A stretch of DNA of 64,000 nucleotides from a virus. Location: IMG/VR virus record IMGVR_UViG_3300032770_000011, positions 1-64,000 of that record; one strand, given 5' to 3'. This document shows positions 15,001 through 23,450 of the stretch, piece after piece (the first letter of the stretch is position 1; each line of letters begins with the position of its first letter). A program made the position numbers and the translations under genes. The notes under the pieces were generated by a model, which made no database searches, was not told where the DNA came from, and worked only from the letters and a program-made list of their open reading frames with translations.

Positions 15001-17950
15001 GTTCTCCAATAGGGGCGGAATCGCCCTCAGAGGCCTGTTCCAGCCCTTTCCCGGTGCCCCCGCTAGGTAGCCCTAGGCCAGCACCGTTAAAAGGCCCTGG
15101 TGGCTTCTCCGGGGCTGTAGGTGGGGATTGATTGTCTCCCAACGCATTTGGGACAGGCGGGCGGATGACGAGCCGTAAAGGATGGCCGTCGTGTGCCGGG
15201 ATAATATCGGGGTCTGCTAGGTCCTGCTGCGAAAGGAAAGGCGCAGGCGGTTGCGCATCATCACCTTCCTGAACGCCACCCCCAGCAGCGCGTTGCTGTT
15301 GATTCTGAGCCGGAGCGGTGCCCGGCAGACTGAGTGGCAACTTCGACCAGTCAATGCCGAAATTGCGCAGATTATTTGCCAGATTGGAGGTTGCTACACC
15401 TAACAGTTTTTGTGTACCAGGGTTCTGGTGCTTCTGCCAAGCTGCGTAAGCTTTCTGGTACCTGTCCAATTGTTCGGCAACTAGCGGCAGCTGCTTCTTC
15501 ACGCGACCTAACGTAGCTGCTTCCGCAGCTTTCTCCAGCCGCCCACCAACTGTAATACCAGCGAATTCACCAATAAGGGGTACTCCTGGGGTTACAGCAC
15601 GACCGATGATAGCACCGATGATCTGCCCTGTGCGGTAGCCCACGACTGACATGGCGCGGCGAATAGCCGGTTCGGAGGGAGCATAAGTACCGTGTGGCAT
15701 TTCAATCTTGCGCATCAAATCGATATAGGACTTGATTACGTCACGCTGCGCTGCCGAATAGATTGGTGAATTACGGGTTGAAGCGAGTAGTGAAGCGAGG
15801 TTATCACCAATCGACTTCGGTCCCCACTTCTGCACGCCTTCTAGCGGCTGTACGGCGCGCAGGAAGAGCCCTTGCCGAAGTGCGGAGGCGTGTGGTGACG
15901 AAGGCCCTAGCCGGTTCAGGGCTTCTTCTAGCTGCCCTACAGCTTTCGGGTCCTGGTTCATAGCGCGGCGGAATACCGCGTTGAAGTCCACTCCTTCGAA
16001 GGGATTCTCTGCCAGTTCAACGCCACGTGCGTGCGACCGTAGCCGCTGGCCAAGTTCCTGAACCTTCGCAATCTCATCCGGATTCAGGTACGCCTGCGTC
16101 AAAGTCCGCCCCGGACCTTGCGTGTACTGATCAATACGGTCGGCAATCTTTTCCGGACCCCAGGCTTCTCCGCCAGCGGGCCTTTCCGTCAGGAAGGAAT
16201 AGAAGCCTTGCTTCGCGGCACCAAATTCAGGTGACGCTTCACCAAACATATTCTTGAAACGAGTAGCAATACGAACTGAGAGGGGATTTGTAGGACTGTA
16301 GAGCATTCCCTGAATCTGTTCAGGCGTAGCAGCAGAGCCTTCATAGCGCCCAAGTATCTTCTGGATCGCCTGCCCAACGTCGTCACCCGGACCACGCGGC
16401 ATGAAAGTTTGTCTATATACTGTATTGAGTCCTCTGGCGTAACGCATTTGAGAGAGCGCATCGAGTGGGTTGCCTTTTGTAACAGTGCCTTTGACGATCC
16501 GGTCCTCAATGAGAGAATCCCAAGCATCAATAATTCCACGCATTGCGATAGCGTCGGAAGGTTTACCCATGCGAGCTGAGGCAAGAGCTTCGCCCATGAA
16601 GACATTGAGGCGCTTGCGGACCTCCTCTAAAGCACTAGGCGTAATAGGATCATTCGTCAGAATCCTGCCGGTATCAGGGTCACGTTGCTGCGTGACATCC
16701 TGAACAATAGAGTCCAGCTTGCTCAACACCCGATTTGAAATTGGAGTCGAATCAGGATTGATATCTACCTTCTCAGTCTTTTCGACTATAGCCCGCATCT
16801 TATCGGCGGCATTATTAAATGCTGCCGGATGAAACTCCGTACCAGAATTATCTAGGGCAGCATATGCAGCACTCTTCGCTTGCTGAGCACGTTCTGCTTC
16901 ATTGGCTACCGCTCCTTGAATGACATTCGCTGCCTCTAAAGGGTCCCTTGCCAAAGTGGTCCCGGTAGGCGACAAGCCTGCACGCAGACTTTCGTGCATG
17001 GCGGTCAGTCCCTGCTCGGAACCTTTGATGAGACTATCGACGAAACCTTGGTGCTGATTCAGAGCACTGGAAACGATATCCGAAGCTGCCTGGGGGGTAT
17101 TGGCAATAACTTGCTGTGCTGCGTCCAGCCCAGCAGCAGCGGTCTGTGGCGCTTCGGCGAGTTGCCCTTCACGTTGAGCAGCCCAGTCCTGCGCGTGGCG
17201 TGACCCTTCACGTAGATAGGATTTCTCACGAATCCTGGCGGCCAGGTCGTTCGCTTCCTCCCCCTTGGAAAGAGTAACACCAAAAGGTCCCGGCTGCGGT
17301 GCAACTGGCGCTGCAGGATACTGCCAATCCCAGGAAATGTCGGCGGGTGAGACAACAGGTGCGCCACGCGGCTTGACTGCCGAGAGGGCAGTATCAACAT
17401 TCCCCCGCCACCGTTCATAGGTCTGCTGCGGAGTTTCCATAGCTTTCGCAATTGCCTGATCCTTCGGAACTCCTGCTTCTAGTGCCGCCTGCAGTTTCTG
17501 AGGATCAATATTTGTACCTAAAGTTTCCTCGGCTGCAGCTAGCGGGTGCCCTAGTAGTGACCGCGCAGGTGCCCCCACAACAGCCTGAAACGGATATGCC
17601 AGCGCAGACCCGATTGCCGAACCAGCCCGGCCTACGGCGCGTAGCTGCGGAGTAATATCCCAGAAAGGCGCAGCCGCCGTTTCCTTCAGCGTCTGTTCGG
17701 TACTTGAAGGCCCTAAGCCCGACTTGACGGATTGCAAGGTTTCTGCGGCAGCCCGCTTCTCCTCAGGCCAGACGTCTGTTAGTGCGTTGCCTTGGCCAGT
17801 TATCTCTTGATGGGGCTGATTGGGATCAAAAGGCGGAGCCGCTGCAGCGTCGAAATTCTTGTTCGGGTCGAATGGCGGCGGAGCTTCGCCTCCAGCAGGA
17901 ACGGCTGGGACATTCGGATCAAAAGGAGGAGGAAGGTCTGTGTCAGCCAT
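12038..17950 (-). CDS. giant internal virion / large polyvalent protein with a pyrophosphatase-like domain and C-terminal HiPIP-like Cys motif
   Basis: 1970 aa; PPFDP repeats; ISVENAKGSKR...YGYLKGTVGKDKDHLDV...DEHK; CSVC...CTLV...GWC. Confidence 0.75.
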   Translation of the reverse strand: MADTDLPPPFDPNVPAVPAGGEAPPPFDPNKNFDAAAAPPFDPNQPHQEITGQGNALTDVWPEEKRAAAETLQSVKSGLGPSSTEQTLKETAAAPFWDITPQLRAVGRAGSAIGSALAYPFQAVVGAPARSLLGHPLAAAEETLGTNIDPQKLQAALEAGVPKDQAIAKAMETPQQTYERWRGNVDTALSAVKPRGAPVVSPADISWDWQYPAAPVAPQPGPFGVTLSKGEEANDLAARIREKSYLREGSRHAQDWAAQREGQLAEAPQTAAAGLDAAQQVIANTPQAASDIVSSALNQHQGFVDSLIKGSEQGLTAMHESLRAGLSPTGTTLARDPLEAANVIQGAVANEAERAQQAKSAAYAALDNSGTEFHPAAFNNAADKMRAIVEKTEKVDINPDSTPISNRVLSKLDSIVQDVTQQRDPDTGRILTNDPITPSALEEVRKRLNVFMGEALASARMGKPSDAIAMRGIIDAWDSLIEDRIVKGTVTKGNPLDALSQMRYARGLNTVYRQTFMPRGPGDDVGQAIQKILGRYEGSAATPEQIQGMLYSPTNPLSVRIATRFKNMFGEASPEFGAAKQGFYSFLTERPAGGEAWGPEKIADRIDQYTQGPGRTLTQAYLNPDEIAKVQELGQRLRSHARGVELAENPFEGVDFNAVFRRAMNQDPKAVGQLEEALNRLGPSSPHASALRQGLFLRAVQPLEGVQKWGPKSIGDNLASLLASTRNSPIYSAAQRDVIKSYIDLMRKIEMPHGTYAPSEPAIRRAMSVVGYRTGQIIGAIIGRAVTPGVPLIGEFAGITVGGRLEKAAEAATLGRVKKQLPLVAEQLDRYQKAYAAWQKHQNPGTQKLLGVATSNLANNLRNFGIDWSKLPLSLPGTAPAQNQQQRAAGGGVQEGDDAQPPAPFLSQQDLADPDIIPAHDGHPLRLVIRPPVPNALGDNQSPPTAPEKPPGPFNGAGLGLPSGGTGKGLEQASEGDSAPIGEPSPAPILTGAEGGPPPLESTPSNPTGPQTILQKLFGVNGPRYQLWPERLVRSGTTLAGDVMSGQTPIIDPVTGHTSEEVIQRAQDMAALAGGAGMPAAEEGALGMTGGKLTPAVKYEGKIYKGPDHETIIDRLGLSDEEANALPWGSAGFVNHKGHYLTREKAVEYALDHDLVEPEYQEIARRGGLAAEMLRSDTSKPGAALSALAHTNEPLYSAVEHTIANASQQKMQASQWANWLRNQPGIKKEELGWLGLDNPENLPQGLVTRDQLLQHAREQGVGLQEVEKKGTNLDEDALGEEADRLMHVWEDATPELSRIEEINGLHVAFDNQGNIIATGNSAQGARLNANNALRDLRTKDPDVLHDLSTEVADNNLRLLSGGTKYSDYQLPGGENYRELLLTKPTKGKSNFEQLSPAELNNLRKQYKEDFGELPDRGELRDYFARYQNQERPDVYHSSHWDEPNVIAHLRMNDRDIPGVGKSLHLEELQSDWHQQGRKHGYQEGRPGEETGDYSISATHGIPDAPFKQTWPDLLLKRAIAKAVHENKDAISWTPGEQQAARYDLSKHVDTITWDPKSQELRAFKGDNKVLTQSNVAPDKLADYIGKDAADRIVNKPTKVGAQGFHFLEDNDLKVGGEGMRGFYDKMLVDKANAIGKKFGAKVEWKDLNPAKYDAPVKEDNMWWRYPTDSDLEPMYFESKAKAIAFEPPPLKVPVLRITPQLREQVLRQGLPLFARGGKVAAETYNEKIPRPISHQQNGSQPEYLPERAAGGRVNPANINSAPTEAQKSAGNYSKDTVHRHGFEISVENAKGSKREGIGKDGRKWSVVMPAAYGYLKGTVGKDKDHLDVYLGPHTKAPHVFIIDQIDKDTKKFDEHKIGIGWGSKTQFIHTYKKAFSDGKGAARIGAVHSMTLAQFKDWVKDGDTKAPFKAPERKKLAHKTVGYVAHSERPNRHCSVCVMFLSAEHGGPACTLVSSPIDPGGWCRHFRRRT

Positions 17951-20900
17951 TTATTGTGGCGCTTTGCCTACGGCTTTCATAGAACCATCAGGCTGGCGTT
18001 CATAAACCCAACCTTGCTGAATGACACGCTGCGGTTGCGCAGCCGGAGCCGCAGCTCCCGCAGCAGGAGTACCTCCTGCTGCATGATCAAGATTCTGCAA
18101 CTCATCATATTCCCTATCGCCAATCATCTTGCGTAGGCGACCTTCACTCAACCCGGCAGCACGAGCCTGGTTTTCCTTACCAATCAATTGACCGCGAAGC
18201 AGTCTCTCGGTGGCCTGAATGGCCCCCTTCACCTGCTCGTCGCTATTGCTGGAGGTAAACTGGTTAGCCGCACCTTCACGGTCTCTATCCGTACCGGCAC
18301 CGGCTACGCCAATAGCCTTGATGATTTCAGGGCCTAGGATATGTGCCACCGTATTCAGGTTCGTAGCGGCGTCGCTACCCCACTGTGTCTTGATATAAGC
18401 CTGAATGGCATTGAGAGGACGAGTGTCGCCCATCTTAGCCTTCTGCCAGGCATCCTCATACTCTTTCAGGGTCTCCAGGTGGCGCATAGCCGTACCCAGC
18501 GAAACAATCTGCTGACCTGGTTGACCCAGAATGAACTGGCCAACCCGAGGAGCCGTCTGCCAGATGTCCGTCAACTCCTCACGAGAAACGCCACGCGAAG
18601 CTGCGAGGGCATTGCCATAATTCATCACGGCCCGTGCATAAGAATTCTGCATCTGCGCTACTGGGCTGGCTCCTCGCGAGATTATAGGCTGCTTGCCCGT
18701 CTTCAGGTACCACTCCGCCGCCGTCTTTATGGTATCGGGCGAATAACCCGCTACAGGAGCAGGTTCGGGCACGGCCATGCCGTGTTCAATGTGCGGAAGC
18801 TTGCTGCCGTTGCTGTAGTCTGCCGGGCCAGCGGATTGCAGCGAATTGACCCGCCAGACGCCATCCGGATTGAAGCCAGCTTGCTGGAAGCCGGGCTGCT
18901 GCTGGGGTTGTAACAATGGATTCGGCTGGGCAGACTGATCGTTAGGCACACCTCCGGGCGTAGTAGTCGAATTGATAGACTGACCTCTATGCGGCCCAAC
19001 AATGATCTTGCCGGTACCCAGGGAGACGACATCCCCTTCAGGAGTACGCACGGTATAGTCCATCTGCCCGGTATCCGTGTTGTAGTACGGCTTGGGCTCC
19101 ATCAACTTCGCTTCCAGTTCCTGCTTCTTCAAGGCTATCTGAGCTTTCTGCTCGGCAGTCAGAACTCCCTGATATGGTAGAGACTTCAAGGTATAGTCTT
19201 TCTGCCACCTGTCTGCTTCCTGAGAAAGCTTCTGCGCTTCTAGGTCAATCTTACGCTGAGTCATTGCGCGTTCAAGTTCTCTCTGCTGCAATGCGCCATA
19301 AGTCTGCAGCCCTTGCTCACCACCTTCGCCAATTGCTACGCCTAGGAAGGGCGACCGTGACGCCATCATCCCCAAACCTGCAGCCATCAAGGACCGCTTG
19401 ATTTCAGGAGACACACCTGCAAGATTGAAGAGATTCTTGGGTAGAATGCCAGAAGACTGCTGATCTTGATACTGCGCAGGCGTAGCTCCTGGAGGAAGTT
19501 CCGCTGTAGTACTCAACCCAGCAGCGCGATTGTAATTACGCGCTTCCATGACCCCAGCCGGAAGAGCACCTACTCCATTTTCGTACTTGCCAATAGCCGT
19601 AGCCAGCTTCATACGAATGTTCGGGTCGGACATATCCAAGGGCTGGTTAGGGTCTAAGCCTGTCATCTTGGAAACCGCTGCCACATAAGCAGCAGTATTG
19701 TTATTATCTGCTGCCGGAGCCCAGCGATTGATAATACCGCTGATGGTGTTGATACCCCTTGCGCCATACGAGCCGAGCAACGCACTTTGGGCATTTACGC
19801 CTGCTTCTGGTGTCTCAAAGATAGCAAAGCGTCCATCACTGCCCCGGTAACCGGGTTGTGACTGCGCAAAGGAGCCGTCCTCAATGTTACCGGGGTTGTT
19901 GTTTCGAATACCGCGTGGCACGCTTCTTGGCGCCACGCTGCCATCAGAAGCTTCCACAACAGGTACTCGCGGTGCTACACCGTCTACTGGAGGAGGAACG
20001 TCACGCGGCGGAGGCGCTACAGTGTCCGGTGAAGGTGCCACACCACTATTGAAACCGTTTCCGGGTAAGGCACCTAACGGAACTTGCGGTACTAATGGAT
20101 TTTCACCAGTGAAACGAGCATTGAAATCGTCGGGTACGATGTTAGCATCGCCACCGTCCGCATAACCAACAACGCCACCACGCGCTTCCCCTTGAGGATT
20201 GTAACCGAGCAAACCAACATATTCGCCAGAACCAATCAATTCCGGTGCAGAAAGCTGGCTCGTGTTGAAGGATGAATCACCAGAATTGATCTTACCAGCG
20301 ATACCTTCAACTTGCTGCATCTGCTTACTGAGGTTCAATCCCTGATTAGTTGGCAACCCCGGCGGACGGGGTGCCCCCGCGCCATGAGTAATGCCCATGG
20401 AAGGAACCCAACTCTTACCACCACTGTAAGGAACGATAGGCGTACCAAAACCGCCACCGAAAGTCTGGTAATTGACACCACCACCACCGTCGCGGTGCGG
20501 CACAACACCTTCGGCAGGAACACTCCCGCCTTTATTGAGGAAAAGGCCAGCACCTGTCAAACCAAGACCAAGCCACTGCGCAGTTGTATTCGGCGCAGGA
20601 CCTGTGGTGGACGAAGTACCACCCATTTGCGAGCCCACGCCAGTACCAATGCCCGCGAGCCACTGTGTAGTCTGGAATGGATAAGCCTGCTGATTCAGGA
20701 ACTGCTGATAGGCAGCAGCAAGTTGCGCTTGCTGTGTCTGTTGTTCAAGCGTACCAGCACCTATCTGCGCATTCGCCCCTGTCAGTCCGGCATTTTCCCC
20801 GGCTACACCAAGATTGCCAACCGAATAGGCTCCCTGACCCATCGCGGCTTGTTCAGCCAGCGCAGTACCGACGCCTTGCTGATAACCCTGGCTTTGCAGT

Positions 20901-21367
20901 CCAGCAATGACAGGAGCCTGGGCTAGTTGCTGCTGGTTGGCGAGTTCGGCTTCGGCAATAGCTTCGCGATTACCTCCGAGTGCACCTTGAGCAATGGCAT
21001 TACCCCGGACGCCTTGGAGTTGCTGTTGATTCTGATTATTGAACTGCGCCTGCGTCGCATTGACGACGCTTTCCGTATACGGGTTTGTGTACTGCGCAAT
21101 ATTCTGGGCAGTAATTGGCTGGGCAGCAGCATTAGCGTAGCCCAAGGCCGTTTGAATATTGGGCAGCGCAAAGCCAGCGGTATTATTGATGCCCGCAATT
21201 CCCTGGCTTTGTTGCTGATTAATGGGCGCAACAAGTTCGCCTGTGTATGGTGTATACGGCGTACCAGCAACGCTCTGCGCCTGCGTCAGTAGGTTCTGGT
21301 ACAACTGCATAGCCTGGGGATTGGGCGCAGACGTTGAAGTCTGCGTCTGGGAACCTTTGCCACACAT
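17951..21367 (-). CDS. internal virion/ejection protein with a lysozyme-like domain
   Basis: Gln/Gly-rich N-terminus; RGIRNNNPGNI...F.TPEAG...IINRWAP...NNTAAYV...YENG motif. Confidence 0.75.
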   Translation of the reverse strand: MCGKGSQTQTSTSAPNPQAMQLYQNLLTQAQSVAGTPYTPYTGELVAPINQQQSQGIAGINNTAGFALPNIQTALGYANAAAQPITAQNIAQYTNPYTESVVNATQAQFNNQNQQQLQGVRGNAIAQGALGGNREAIAEAELANQQQLAQAPVIAGLQSQGYQQGVGTALAEQAAMGQGAYSVGNLGVAGENAGLTGANAQIGAGTLEQQTQQAQLAAAYQQFLNQQAYPFQTTQWLAGIGTGVGSQMGGTSSTTGPAPNTTAQWLGLGLTGAGLFLNKGGSVPAEGVVPHRDGGGGVNYQTFGGGFGTPIVPYSGGKSWVPSMGITHGAGAPRPPGLPTNQGLNLSKQMQQVEGIAGKINSGDSSFNTSQLSAPELIGSGEYVGLLGYNPQGEARGGVVGYADGGDANIVPDDFNARFTGENPLVPQVPLGALPGNGFNSGVAPSPDTVAPPPRDVPPPVDGVAPRVPVVEASDGSVAPRSVPRGIRNNNPGNIEDGSFAQSQPGYRGSDGRFAIFETPEAGVNAQSALLGSYGARGINTISGIINRWAPAADNNNTAAYVAAVSKMTGLDPNQPLDMSDPNIRMKLATAIGKYENGVGALPAGVMEARNYNRAAGLSTTAELPPGATPAQYQDQQSSGILPKNLFNLAGVSPEIKRSLMAAGLGMMASRSPFLGVAIGEGGEQGLQTYGALQQRELERAMTQRKIDLEAQKLSQEADRWQKDYTLKSLPYQGVLTAEQKAQIALKKQELEAKLMEPKPYYNTDTGQMDYTVRTPEGDVVSLGTGKIIVGPHRGQSINSTTTPGGVPNDQSAQPNPLLQPQQQPGFQQAGFNPDGVWRVNSLQSAGPADYSNGSKLPHIEHGMAVPEPAPVAGYSPDTIKTAAEWYLKTGKQPIISRGASPVAQMQNSYARAVMNYGNALAASRGVSREELTDIWQTAPRVGQFILGQPGQQIVSLGTAMRHLETLKEYEDAWQKAKMGDTRPLNAIQAYIKTQWGSDAATNLNTVAHILGPEIIKAIGVAGAGTDRDREGAANQFTSSNSDEQVKGAIQATERLLRGQLIGKENQARAAGLSEGRLRKMIGDREYDELQNLDHAAGGTPAAGAAAPAAQPQRVIQQGWVYERQPDGSMKAVGKAPQ

Positions 21368-21389
21368 TTAGTGTGAGTCCTCTTAGATT

Positions 21390-21884
21390 TCAGGCCGCGA
21401 TTTCGCTGGCCTTGCTCGACTGTGGATCATAATAAAAGAAATATCCAACAGGCTTCTTGAAGTGCTGCTCATAAAGCCGCCGCTTACCTTCGGTACGGAT
21501 ATCGGAGAGTATGCCAATCTGCAGTGGCATTCCCGACGTTTCTGCGCACCACTTGGCGAAGCGGGCTAAGTCCCCAGCATTTGAAGCACCAGGAGTTCTG
21601 CGGAACTCAGGCTTCACATAGAGCAGCAGTTCCTCAAGATGGGGCTTGTCTGTATACCAGGAGGTTGCAATCATCATGAGGATGATACCCTCCAAGGCCC
21701 CGACAGGGCCTACTCCAGCGAGTATGCTGCCTTGCTTCGTGAAGGCCCGCAGGATAATACCCCGGACCTTCTCCTCGTCGAGATGAAAGCGCCCATTCTC
21801 CTTCCAGAGTTCACGGCAGAGAGCCATGACGGCTTCTTCCTCCTGTGGGAGTAGAAGCCGCACACGCTTCGGGTAGTCTGTCAA
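21390..21884 (-). CDS. GNAT-like acetyltransferase-fold protein
   Basis: LLYVKPEFRR motif; typical position before ejection genes. Confidence 0.6.
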   Translation of the reverse strand: MTDYPKRVRLLLPQEEEAVMALCRELWKENGRFHLDEEKVRGIILRAFTKQGSILAGVGPVGALEGIILMMIATSWYTDKPHLEELLLYVKPEFRRTPGASNAGDLARFAKWCAETSGMPLQIGILSDIRTEGKRRLYEQHFKKPVGYFFYYDPQSSKASEIAA

Positions 21885-22195
21885 TTGAGCGTCTCCGCTG
21901 CCGTAGCGCCATCAGCTACGCCGTTCGCCTTGGCGCTCTCTGTGGGCACGTCCAGAATGCGATTGAGGGTGTCGCGCAGCTGGCGGGCGCAGAGGGGATC
22001 CATACGCAACCTAGAAGCTACGACGATATCGTCGTCAACCCGGCCATTCTCAGCGTCCGGCGTGAACAGACACACACCCAACGTGAGATTGATCACATTG
22101 TTGAAAGTTCCAGAACCAACTACCACATTCACGAACGTTACGCCAACGCTATCATTCGTCTTCATCTTGTAGTCCTCCGTTTCAAAGGCTGTCAA
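21881..22195 (-). CDS. hypothetical protein
   Basis: ORF overlapping both neighbours; VASRLRMD. Confidence 0.6.
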   Translation of the reverse strand: MTAFETEDYKMKTNDSVGVTFVNVVVGSGTFNNVINLTLGVCLFTPDAENGRVDDDIVVASRLRMDPLCARQLRDTLNRILDVPTESAKANGVADGATAAETLN

Positions 22196-23052
22196 TCTTT
22201 CGCCGGACCCGGCAACCGCGCAAGAGTCTTGCGGAGCTTCTTACGCTCCTTGAGAATCCAAGCGTCCATGATCCGGTGAGCTTCGTCCAACGTCAGTTTA
22301 CGCTTCGTCACACGCTGCATCGTCTCCAGTACATGTTCCGGGGGTACGACGATCTCGCCTCCCGCTAACTTCACTTTGACAGGCTTGCCAATATGGTTGC
22401 CGTATTTGCCGCCACCTGAAGCCAGCTTCGGTGGGCGCGGCACAGAATGTCCACCACCTAAATGCGGCATTCCAGCTCCATATGGGCCCATCTTGAACAT
22501 TTTCTGTAGCGCATTTGCGCCTGCGAGAGTGTTCCCTTCGCCGCGCCCTGAGACGATGTCGGCGGGAATAACGTAGGACCCGGAAGGAACATGCGTATAA
22601 TGGGCGTCTGTGCGGCCTGGCACCGCTGAGAGAATAGGCCCGCGTGTCATCGCCCGCGCTTCCTGCTTCTCCTGCCAGGTAGGGTTCATGCTAGGAGTCT
22701 TGACAAGTCCTGCACCACCGAAAGCCCGTTCTGCGCTGCCCCCTGAATGCATCATCCTAGGCGCAACGCCCATATTCCCTGCCATTGTGCCCATTCCAAC
22801 CGGCGCAGCGGTCGGCGTCATCGAAGGCAGTGGCGCAGCCATAGCCTTCCCCATAGGACCAAGCATCGTGGGCATCTGAGGCACTAAGCCGCCGCCCATG
22901 GCGCGACCTTTGCGCTCGTTACTCAAGGCAATTGCGATGGCCTGTTTGTTGGCCCTCTCCTTACCAAACTTAGCTGCAGTATGAGCGTAAGTTTTTCCGG
23001 TATGAAGTTCGGGTATAGTAACCGAAGGAGGTGCACCAGGTTTGAGCGGCAT
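22192..23052 (-). CDS. virion-associated protein with GG motifs
   Basis: KQAIAIALS; PGRTD...GSYVIPADIVS..GEGNT.AG; LAGGEIVVPP. Confidence 0.7.
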   Translation of the reverse strand: MPLKPGAPPSVTIPELHTGKTYAHTAAKFGKERANKQAIAIALSNERKGRAMGGGLVPQMPTMLGPMGKAMAAPLPSMTPTAAPVGMGTMAGNMGVAPRMMHSGGSAERAFGGAGLVKTPSMNPTWQEKQEARAMTRGPILSAVPGRTDAHYTHVPSGSYVIPADIVSGRGEGNTLAGANALQKMFKMGPYGAGMPHLGGGHSVPRPPKLASGGGKYGNHIGKPVKVKLAGGEIVVPPEHVLETMQRVTKRKLTLDEAHRIMDAWILKERKKLRKTLARLPGPAKD

Positions 23053-23081
23053 ATTAGTTCTTCTCGTCCGTTGCCTTACGT

Positions 23082-23450
23082 TCAGGAAGGCGTTGTTATC
23101 AGGTACTGGAAGGTCTCTGTACCGGCAGCAGCCCCACCGTCCGCTGTGGCAACCGTGAAGCTGACACCGGGGGATATAGCGGACACGTAAGGCGAGTGTG
23201 CGCCCCCCACAAGCGTAGCCGCCGCTGCGTTAGTGGGCGATAGCACGATGGAGGAATTGGCCTGAACTCCAGCCTGAGACACAGTTGTCGTAGCCGCTGC
23301 AGCCATTGTAAACGAGCCAAAGGTCTGCCGCCCAGTGAAAGCCTTGACCCAGGCTGCAAGTTGCCGAACAATACCTTGAAGTTGCGTAACGACATCGGTA
23401 CCACCTGCAGTACCTTGGCCTGGAGGCCCAGAAGGATATACATTACTCAT
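23082..23450 (-). CDS. virion structural protein
   Basis: beta-rich Thr/Ala/Ser protein after the nozzle gene. Confidence 0.6.
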   Translation of the reverse strand: MSNVYPSGPPGQGTAGGTDVVTQLQGIVRQLAAWVKAFTGRQTFGSFTMAAAATTTVSQAGVQANSSIVLSPTNAAAATLVGGAHSPYVSAISPGVSFTVATADGGAAAGTETFQYLITTPS